Source: Candidatus Heimdallarchaeota archaeon (lineage in GTDB: Archaea > Asgardarchaeota > Heimdallarchaeia > Heimdallarchaeales > DAOWED01). From it: a stretch of DNA of 13,031 nt. Every line of letters starts with the position of its first letter. Within the stretch, counting starts at the first letter, position 1. Location of the stretch: NCBI GenBank assembly GCA_030638685.1, contig DAOWED010000050.1, positions 1 to 13,031 on the forward strand, in the 5' to 3' direction. Below are positions 1-6,692 of the stretch, piece by piece. Under the pieces are notes generated by a model that worked only from the letters and a program-made list of their open reading frames with translations, was not told the DNA's origin and made no database searches. The translations under genes and the position numbers were made by a program.

Positions 1-2
1 GA

Positions 3-74
3 AATGTCTTCCAAAGACCAAAAGAAGAAGCACTTGAATTAGTAAATTCCATCATCGAGATTTACAAAATCTAA
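3..74 (+). CDS. 3' end of an unidentified CDS entering from upstream of the window (partial)
   Basis: Frame 3 is open from the window edge and reads ...NVFQRPKEEALELVNSIIEIYKI* with TAA at 72-74. The other two forward frames stop by nt 42. A T6 run at 110-115 follows. The fragment is too short to identify. Confidence 0.3.
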   Translation, partial: NVFQRPKEEALELVNSIIEIYKI

Positions 75-171
75 AAATTAGGAAAACAGATTTACTAAAT
101 GAGATTATCTTTTTTGTAGATCTTGTTAAATTAATCATTTGAACCTAGTTTGAATAATTTTGAGTTGTATT

Positions 172-1779
172 TCATCCATTCATCGGCTTCATTAATGCAT
201 TTAACCTGTTTACTAGTAATTCTACGGTTGCAGGATCTGTTGAAAAGAACCCTTCTCTAGCATTTCTTATTCTCTCATGTGTTTGGTTGAAGAAGGCTAT
301 CATTGCAAATTTAAGGCTAGAACTGTTATAAACGCTGAAATAGAATTTTGTCCCCAAGTTTATTATTGGACAAATTTCCACATTTGGAGAATCAATATTA
401 CTGTCTAGTACTTTATCCCAGTGACCAAATAAGTACGTCTTAATGTCAGCCTTATCTTTTGCTAGCTTTGAAGTTTTTAACATCTCACCTATAAAGGGTG
501 CTCCTGCATAAAGTTCACCATTTTCCCCGTGTTTAAAGATGTACTCTTCAACTGATTCGCTTATTTTCTTGTAAAGGGCGTCTTCAATAAGAAGATGGAC
601 CGGTTCATCCTTCTTAATATATCCATCATATGGTTTTCTTCCATCCGGGTGTTCTTTAATTATATTTTGAAGATGATCAACCAGATCTTCTAAATTAGGT
701 TCTTTGGTAGGCATATCTTTTCTGTTAAGAGAAAAAGTAGGTTCTAACTGAGCTAAAACGGCCTCAACTGAAGTTAACTGTTTTACGTCGGTTCGTAGAA
801 GTGTTTGTTCAGGGGCACCATATTCAATTAAATCAAGTAGTTCTCCTAAAAAGCCTAATGGTCCCATTCTGACTTGTTCTTTTATAACCATAGGTCGTAA
901 AATGTCAACTAAATTTGGAAGCAAATGATAATCAATTTTATCAGAAAGATAAGCATAGACTTCTCCGGGGACAGAAATATTAATCTCTCTTCCATTATCT
1001 ATGTATCCTACATAGGTCCTATCTACAAGAAAAGCTTCTAAACTGGTTAATTTGTTCTTTTTGCGTAACTGGTTAACATACTCATAAAATCGTCCCTTGT
1101 CAATTTGAAGAACTAAAGCCCACCAATGGTCGGGAGACGTGAGAGGGATTGGTCTCACCCAGTAATAAGCATCTCTTTCTGTTAAAACTGCTCCATCACA
1201 TTGATCTAAGATTTTTTCGTGAAGAATATCAACAGCTCTTTTCCAGAGATTGCTAGTATGTGAACGCGTGAGATTAGGATTTTGGGCATATTCGATAATC
1301 CAACTTTCTTGGGTAACTATTCCAATAACCCCACACCATGGGTTTTCTTTAAGAAAACTATCTATGAGGTTGGAAGCTTTCATCATTCCACCAGTAGAAG
1401 TTGGAAGCCTTGCACCAAGCACTTTGTCAAGTTCATCAGCCAGAAGCTTTAAGTCACCCACTCTTCCCTTTACACTAATGATAAAATCGCTATTTTTGCG
1501 AACCACATCTCTTACTTTCTGAAGAAGATGCCTTGATCCAGCAATAGCCATGGAGTTTTTCACCCGTAAAGCAATGAGAAAGTCATCTACTCTAGTATAC
1601 ACGATGTAGGATTGCTCCATAAATTCAATCTGTATTTTTTCACCAGTAGCTTCTTGTCCAACTAAGTCAAGTGCAGAGATTCTTCCTGCCCCAAGAACTT
1701 CGTCTACTTCTCCCTCTCCTAATTTTATTACTGGAACTGATTGAAGAATTACAAAAAGCTCAAGAACGTCACTATGCAT
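172..1779 (-). CDS. Hypothetical 535-aa soluble protein with repeated Roadblock/LC7 (MglB-like) modules
   Basis: This is a long uninterrupted ORF. Its ATG is preceded by GGTGA about 6 nt upstream (ttggtgagatattATG on the minus strand), and a TTTAAA TATA-like box lies about 50 nt upstream. There is no TM segment, P-loop or catalytic motif. Residues ~133-243 follow the Roadblock helix-hairpin-helix-three-strand-helix order. Similar half-modules occur at residues ~46-95 and ~465-515. The family call is by eye only. Confidence 0.85.
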   Translation of the reverse strand: MHSDVLELFVILQSVPVIKLGEGEVDEVLGAGRISALDLVGQEATGEKIQIEFMEQSYIVYTRVDDFLIALRVKNSMAIAGSRHLLQKVRDVVRKNSDFIISVKGRVGDLKLLADELDKVLGARLPTSTGGMMKASNLIDSFLKENPWCGVIGIVTQESWIIEYAQNPNLTRSHTSNLWKRAVDILHEKILDQCDGAVLTERDAYYWVRPIPLTSPDHWWALVLQIDKGRFYEYVNQLRKKNKLTSLEAFLVDRTYVGYIDNGREINISVPGEVYAYLSDKIDYHLLPNLVDILRPMVIKEQVRMGPLGFLGELLDLIEYGAPEQTLLRTDVKQLTSVEAVLAQLEPTFSLNRKDMPTKEPNLEDLVDHLQNIIKEHPDGRKPYDGYIKKDEPVHLLIEDALYKKISESVEEYIFKHGENGELYAGAPFIGEMLKTSKLAKDKADIKTYLFGHWDKVLDSNIDSPNVEICPIINLGTKFYFSVYNSSSLKFAMIAFFNQTHERIRNAREGFFSTDPATVELLVNRLNALMKPMNG

Positions 1780-1849
1780 AATATCTCACCAAAATCTCAT
1801 CATTGGAATAATGAATCTATTTCCTTTAAACTAATAAAGATTAAGGAAT

Positions 1850-1902
1850 AAAAAAAGATCATTAACTAAATGGTTTCAAAGGAGATAAAAATTCAGAAAA
1901 AA
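1850..1902 (-). terminator. Oligo-T termination region downstream of the TauE-family gene
   Basis: On the minus strand, about 60-110 nt after the stop at 1962-1964, there are T-runs: cccttttttctgaatttttatc (plus-strand A6 at 1897-1902) and gatctttttttatt (plus-strand A-run 1850-1856). Oligo-T tracts are the usual archaeal termination signal. No strong hairpin is present. Confidence 0.3.
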
Positions 1903-1961
1903 GGGATATAGGAGTTCTTTCTTGCATATTGAAGCCGCCAAAAACTCTTATCCGTGGTTGA

Positions 1962-2843
1962 TTAGGAATAAATGGTTCTCAGAATTGTAGATAGCCCTGA
2001 TGCAAAAATTATTGCCCAGAGACCAAGTTCTAGCTTCATAGCTTTAACTCGTCTAATTAATCTAGCACCAATATTGCTTCCAATAATTGCGCCTATTCCA
2101 ATAATGAGAATTGCTTCAATATTAAATGCCCCACCACTTACCATTTTAGTAACTGTTGAAGAAGTGCTAGTAAAGACTATCAGCAGTGTAGATGTTGCAA
2201 CAGCTAAATGGATTGGAAATCCGCACATTAAAAGAACTGGTACGAAAATAACTCCTCCTCCGACACCTATCATCCCAGCTAACATTCCTCCGAAGAAAAT
2301 ACCTAAGATACCTTTGTAAATATCTACTGTATACTTAAACTCTACTCCCTCATGATCCACAATATGTCGTGGAGATAGCACTAATGGTGGGAATGATCTT
2401 TCTTTAGTAGTTTCTTCCTCTTCTACTAAAGAACCATTAGAATTTTTATTATTATTTTTATTATTATTTTTTCTTTTGATGATTGTAAACGTCTTGTAAG
2501 ATGCAATTAGTATTAATGATCCTCCAAAAATAATTTTAAGGGGTTTTTCATCAATTGCTTCTCTGATAATTGTACCAATGATTGAGCCGAGTACTGCAAG
2601 GGTAGCATAGATTAAAGCAGTCTTATAATCTATTCTTTTTTGCCGGAAAAACTCAAAGGTCGCTGATGTACTTGAGATAAGTATACATGCCAGAGAGATG
2701 GTTATTGCCATCTTAACATCCATATCAAATAATAAGTAAAGAACAGGTACGTAAACCACTCCTCCTCCTAAACCAAAACTTGCTCCAAGTATCGCTGCTC
2801 CAATCCCTAAAACTATATACGCAATTATTAACAAAGGATCCAT
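1962..2843 (-). CDS. TauE/SafE-family (sulfite/organosulfonate-type) anion exporter, integral membrane protein
   Basis: The protein has two homologous halves of Gly-rich TM helices: ...GASFGLGGGVVYVPVL... and ...GMIGVGGGVIFVPVLL.... This duplicated pattern is typical of PF01925. An AGGTG SD lies about 8 nt upstream of the ATG. The two halves are separated by a hydrophilic loop of about 55 aa. Confidence 0.85.
   Translation of the reverse strand: MDPLLIIAYIVLGIGAAILGASFGLGGGVVYVPVLYLLFDMDVKMAITISLACILISSTSATFEFFRQKRIDYKTALIYATLAVLGSIIGTIIREAIDEKPLKIIFGGSLILIASYKTFTIIKRKNNNKNNNKNSNGSLVEEEETTKERSFPPLVLSPRHIVDHEGVEFKYTVDIYKGILGIFFGGMLAGMIGVGGGVIFVPVLLMCGFPIHLAVATSTLLIVFTSTSSTVTKMVSGGAFNIEAILIIGIGAIIGSNIGARLIRRVKAMKLELGLWAIIFASGLSTILRTIYS
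2443..2472. repeat. 12-nt tandem repeat (tttttattatta x2.5) inside the TauE-family CDS
   Basis: The unit at 2443-2454 is repeated exactly at 2455-2466 and followed by tttttt. On the minus strand it encodes KNNNKNNNKN in the central loop. It is a low-complexity, in-frame (4-codon) repeat. Confidence 0.6.
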
Positions 2844-2992
2844 AGATTACACCTACTTGTCGTTTGTTGTGTGGCTGTAAAAAATTATTGGTTCAACCAA
2901 ATTTGAATATTCATAAAAAACCGATGTTACAAAAATAAGATAGTGATATAAGTAAGAGTAGAAATTGGTTATTAAGACCGGATGTGTGATTG

Positions 2993-4057
2993 ATGAATAT
3001 TATACCCAAAAAAAAGTTAATAATTTTAATGATACAATTATATTTGATACTAAATCTTACAATACAAGCAGAAGGAGAGAATAGGAATAGTATAGAACTT
3101 CAACAATCAGAATGGTTGTTTAATGAAAATTTAGCATGGGATTTACTACTTGCTCAAGAAACAATTGGCTTTCGATACCCTGGAACGGCTGAACATTTAG
3201 AAACACAAGTCTTTATTGAGAATTATTTTTCAGGACTATCTGAATGGACCTTCACCAGACAAACTTTTGAGTATAATGGAGTGAATTTAGCAAATCTTAT
3301 CGTTGAAAAAGAGAGTTCGAATACACTTAAATGGGTTGTTTTGGGAGCACATTATGATACGAGAGCAAAAGCAGATAATGATACCGTAGACACTTCAGTT
3401 CCAGTAATGGGAGCAAATGATGGTGCATCTGGAGTTGCAGTATTGATGGAATTAGCTAGAGTAGTAGCTGAAAAGATGTTTAATTCATCTATAAGACTAA
3501 TTTTTATTGATGGAGAAGATCAAGGAAGTGGAGGAATGGCAGGATGGGAGTGGATTGTTGGGTCAAGTTACTATGTTGATTCATTATCTGAAAGTGAAAA
3601 AGATGAAATAGAATGTTTTATCTTATTAGATATGATCGGGGACGAGAATTTGAACATTCATTGGGAGAAGAATTCGGACATTGGTTTAAGGGAAGAAATT
3701 TGGCTAGCTGCTGATGCTTTAGGACATGCTGAATTCATCCAAGGAGAGAAATATGGAATGAAAGATGATCATATACCATTTATCCAAGCTGGGATTCCAG
3801 CAGTGGATATAATAGATTTTGATTATCCTTACTGGCACACAAGAAATGATACTAGTGATCATTGTAGTGCTGCTTCACTTAACGCAGTAGGTCAAACTGT
3901 AGAAAAATGGCTTACTGAAAAAGTAGGTTTAAACGAGACTGATCCAAGTATTTCTACTCCGTCTGATGATAACAAAACAACTTTGATGCTCGTATTTGAT
4001 GGAACGATAATAATACTCATTATTGCGTTAAAAAGAAAAAGGAATTTAAAGTTCTGA
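2993..4057 (+). CDS. M28-family zinc metallopeptidase (aminopeptidase / glutaminyl-cyclase-like), secreted with a C-terminal membrane anchor
   Basis: M28 blocks occur in order: GAHYDTR, GANDGASGVAVLMELAR, IFIDGEDQG, LLDMIG, DDHIPF..GIP and YWHTRNDT. The N-terminal signal peptide is MNIIPKKKLIILMIQLYLILNLTIQA|EG. The C-terminus has a TM helix plus basic tail (TLMLVFDGTIIILIIALKRKRNLKF). I prefer the ATG at 2993 over the TTG at 2990 used by the ORF track. Confidence 0.85.
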   Translation: MNIIPKKKLIILMIQLYLILNLTIQAEGENRNSIELQQSEWLFNENLAWDLLLAQETIGFRYPGTAEHLETQVFIENYFSGLSEWTFTRQTFEYNGVNLANLIVEKESSNTLKWVVLGAHYDTRAKADNDTVDTSVPVMGANDGASGVAVLMELARVVAEKMFNSSIRLIFIDGEDQGSGGMAGWEWIVGSSYYVDSLSESEKDEIECFILLDMIGDENLNIHWEKNSDIGLREEIWLAADALGHAEFIQGEKYGMKDDHIPFIQAGIPAVDIIDFDYPYWHTRNDTSDHCSAASLNAVGQTVEKWLTEKVGLNETDPSISTPSDDNKTTLMLVFDGTIIILIIALKRKRNLKF

Positions 4058-4909
4058 GCTTACTACGTAGGAATAATCAAGATCATCAATTACTTTATTT
4101 AAGTCATTTAATCGTAAACGTATCTCTAAAGTATGTTCAATGAAGGTTTGACCGTCTTGACGAGCTAAACTAAAGAGGGAGTCCAAATCAATTGTGTCAT
4201 CAAGCCCTCCTGCTATTATTTCACAGACACGACCAATTTCTTCAGTTTCTGTTCTTTCCATTTCTGCTGAATTAACCTTTTTTTTGTCAAGATCAATTTT
4301 TTCAAGAATTTTGGTAGTACCTTCCAATTCTGTTTTAACAAGATCAGTAAAGGGTTTCAAGTAATCAATTTTAATTACGCTGAGCAGAGAGATTATCTGG
4401 TCGAAGCGAATAATTACTTCATTGATAATTTCGTTTACGTCTTGAATTATCGCATCTTCAAAATCATTATCTGAGGAAGGTAAAGGTTGAAGAGATCGAG
4501 TAATTTCTTGATATTCTTGGTTTATTTTAACTAAATTTTTCAGAAGATTAGTATAAGTTAGCAGAGTATTCTGGACCTTTAGTCGAGTATCTTTTAGTTG
4601 AGAGATTGCTCCTTGTTTATTAGCAACGGCTTTCCAATAACCTCTTTCAACTTCTTCTTTAAAATCATCTAAATATGTAGAACTACTTCTAAGTTGAGAA
4701 ACTGTAATTACGTGAAATATGTGATAACTTATTCCTCCCATATCTTCAAGAAGTTCTCTTCTAAGGCTAGGTAACGCCCCTTCGTCACTTCCAAGTAAAC
4801 GGCTTAAGGGGGACGATGCCAGATCAATTAATGATGCTAGAAAGAATCTAGCAGGCTCAAGTATAGACATTTTAAGTTGACTTGAAGTGATCTCGTTATC
4901 CATTATCAT
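4046..4909 (-). CDS. Hypothetical 287-aa all-helical / coiled-coil protein
   Basis: The ORF is uninterrupted with coding-like composition. It has heptad-like helical stretches (e.g. KDTRLKVQNTLLTYTNLLKNLVKINQEYQEI and IIQDVNEIINEVIIRFDQIISLL). There is no TM segment and no enzymatic motif. An A/T-rich TATA-like run (TTTTATTA) lies about 20-25 nt upstream of the ATG and there is no SD, so it may be leaderless. The 3' end overlaps the convergent M28 gene by 12 nt. Confidence 0.7.
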   Translation of the reverse strand: MIMDNEITSSQLKMSILEPARFFLASLIDLASSPLSRLLGSDEGALPSLRRELLEDMGGISYHIFHVITVSQLRSSSTYLDDFKEEVERGYWKAVANKQGAISQLKDTRLKVQNTLLTYTNLLKNLVKINQEYQEITRSLQPLPSSDNDFEDAIIQDVNEIINEVIIRFDQIISLLSVIKIDYLKPFTDLVKTELEGTTKILEKIDLDKKKVNSAEMERTETEEIGRVCEIIAGGLDDTIDLDSLFSLARQDGQTFIEHTLEIRLRLNDLNKVIDDLDYSYVVSSEL

Positions 4910-5029
4910 AATATGAGATTTAAAGATAATAAAATGATCGATTTGAAATCAAAGAAAAGTGGATAATTGCTAGTTGAAAGCTGCTAATCTAGAGATAGAT
5001 TAACAGAAGTTTATTGTGACTGAAAAAAA

Positions 5030-5758
5030 TTACTCTTCTTCTGAAGCAACAGGTTCTTCTGTTGCAGCAGTTTCATCCAGTTTAACTTTCTTGCCTAATT
5101 TTCGTTCTTCACCTTTAAGAAGCCGAACTACGTTAGCTCTGTGTGTGTAATATATGAATGGAACCATTAGTATTCCTAAAAGGGTATGTCCAAAGTCAAA
5201 ATCATGAACGAACATCAAAGTTAACAAGGAGATCCATACCATAACCAGATTTCCCAAGGAAGTATGTCTAGTTACACCAATTACTACCCACCAAGTTACA
5301 AAAATTGCTAGAGCTGTCCAAGGAGAGAAGACCAATAACACTCCCAAAAAGGTAGCTGCTCCTTTTCCACCTGAAAAATTGATATAAATACTGAAACAAT
5401 GACCTACAATTGCAGCAAAGCCTATAAGAGCAATTAAAACGTTCTTTTCGAATAAAGCATCTGAGCTATCATAAATACTGCTATCAATAACTAAAACAGC
5501 AATAAGAGTTGCTATAACGCCTTTTATGATATCAAACATACCGGCAGTAAAGCCTAATTTAAAGCCCAATACTCTTGCAGCATTAGCCCCAGTAGTACTT
5601 TTTGAACCGTAATCTCTAATGTCAATGCCTTTAGCAAGTCTAGCTACGACATAAGCTGAAGGAATAGAACCTAACAGATAACCAATAATTATGAGAGCAA
5701 AATCAATAAACATAGCCTTCAGATATTTGTGAAAAGGTTCATTTTTAATGATTGGCAT
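5030..5758 (-). CDS. plsY: PlsY-family glycerol-3-phosphate acyltransferase homologue (acyl-phosphate dependent family, PF02660/COG0344)
   Basis: PlsY blocks occur in order: GYLLGSIPSAYVVARL, DIRDYGSKSTTGANAARVLG, FDIIKG, GHCFSIYINFSGGKGAAT and THRANVVRLLKGEE. The protein is multi-TM. An alternative start at Met16 (MFIDFALIII..., preceded by GAAGG) is possible. Confidence 0.85.
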   Translation of the reverse strand: MPIIKNEPFHKYLKAMFIDFALIIIGYLLGSIPSAYVVARLAKGIDIRDYGSKSTTGANAARVLGFKLGFTAGMFDIIKGVIATLIAVLVIDSSIYDSSDALFEKNVLIALIGFAAIVGHCFSIYINFSGGKGAATFLGVLLVFSPWTALAIFVTWWVVIGVTRHTSLGNLVMVWISLLTLMFVHDFDFGHTLLGILMVPFIYYTHRANVVRLLKGEERKLGKKVKLDETAATEEPVASEEE

Positions 5759-5863
5759 TTTCTAAGAAATTTTTGTAAGAAGATGTAACATGCAAAACCT
5801 ATAAATTCTAGTAACCGGATAGAAAGTAAGTGTAATGATCAGTAGATCTGAGGGTGGTAGAAT

Positions 5864-6103
5864 ATGAATGAAATAACAGTGACAAAGAAGTTTGGTCAAT
5901 TCATTGATGGTTTCGTTATTCCAAAGTTTATTTCAGATACGGTTAAAAAATTGGTTTCAAAATCAGAGCTAATAACCCCAAATATTAGTGATGACAGTTT
6001 AAGAGCGATCTTTATCTCATCTTACATTAAAGCACACCATATAGCAAAGATTAGAATATCATTTGATATGGTAGAACGTATAAGAAACGCTCTAGAAGAT
6101 TAA
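5864..6103 (+). CDS. Hypothetical small protein (79 aa)
   Basis: The ATG is preceded by a strong SD (gaGGGTGGtagaatATG). The ORF fills the gap between neighbouring genes. I recognise no family. Confidence 0.55.
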   Translation: MNEITVTKKFGQFIDGFVIPKFISDTVKKLVSKSELITPNISDDSLRAIFISSYIKAHHIAKIRISFDMVERIRNALED

Positions 6104-6134
6104 ATAATCTCTTGTTTATGTAAGTAAGTAGCGC

Positions 6135-6692
6135 TTAAGCAAAGAATTCAAAGCTGTGCTCGTATTCCTTAATGGATTCTCGCTCTTCTCCCTCAGTTTC
6201 ACGCCAGACTTCCTTAAATTCGTGTTCGACGGTTATTTGTGCAAGGTCATTAAGATACTGTGCAGTTTCTCTGACAATGCGTAAGAAAAGAACCAAGTTA
6301 ACCTCATCAGATCGCCATCTATTATAGGTTCTTATATCCCCTGTGTTTTTGCTAATAATTGGTCTGACAGATGGATATTCACTTGCTTTCTGAAGAATTG
6401 CTTGCAAAAAGTTGGATATCTTTTCTGCAGGTTGCTCTTCTGTAGAAGTAACTACATTTGAGAAGAAGGAAACGAATCGGAAAGAAGAGTCAATTTCGAT
6501 AAAGAAATCTGGTGACTGAGCCCAAACAACGGCTAAAGTGTAAGCCCCATCTCTCTTATCTCTTAAAGGAGTATAGGAAATTGTGGAAAGTTTTAACCAA
6601 TGAGCTATTTTTTCAACAAAATTGGGTACAGAGCGCATAGACTCTATTTTATCATAAGGAGTTCCTGTTATATCGAATGAATTAGGTTTCAT
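6135..6692 (-). CDS. Hypothetical 185-aa protein, possibly YbjN / secretion-chaperone-like alpha/beta fold
   Basis: The ORF is clean. Its helix-strand-strand-strand-helix pattern (VEKIAHWLKL / YTLAVVWAQ / FFIEID / FRFVSFFSNV / ISNFLQAILQKASE) and acidic C-terminal tail resemble YbjN-type proteins. This is pattern recognition only. No SD is present. Confidence 0.65.
   Translation of the reverse strand: MKPNSFDITGTPYDKIESMRSVPNFVEKIAHWLKLSTISYTPLRDKRDGAYTLAVVWAQSPDFFIEIDSSFRFVSFFSNVVTSTEEQPAEKISNFLQAILQKASEYPSVRPIISKNTGDIRTYNRWRSDEVNLVLFLRIVRETAQYLNDLAQITVEHEFKEVWRETEGEERESIKEYEHSFEFFA

Noticed and set aside
1250-1522. 90-aa plus-strand ORF from the track
   Set aside because: It lies entirely antisense within the well-supported 535-aa gene. 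It has no SD or promoter context, and its Ser/Leu/Phe-rich composition is typical of a shadow frame.
1972-2319. 115-aa plus-strand ORF from the track (Pro/Ile-rich)
   Set aside because: It is antisense to the TauE-family gene. The Pro/Ile richness is the complement of Gly/Ile-rich TM codons. No independent start signals are present.
2443-2472. Tandem repeat considered as a CRISPR or satellite-like element
   Set aside because: It has only 2.5 copies of a 12-nt unit with no spacers. It is in frame inside a CDS and encodes a low-complexity loop.
4094-4138. ESCRT-III MIM1-like motif (EHTLEIRLRLNDLNK) near the C-terminus of the 287-aa helical protein
   Set aside because: It matches only half of the (D/E)xxLxxRLxxL(K/R) consensus in any register. 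The protein also lacks the basic N-terminal helical hairpin of ESCRT-III/Snf7 proteins, and no Vps4 or other ESCRT genes are nearby.
4046-4909. SNARE-like protein
   Set aside because: It has heptad-rich helices but no C-terminal TM anchor and no clear zero-layer Q/R register.
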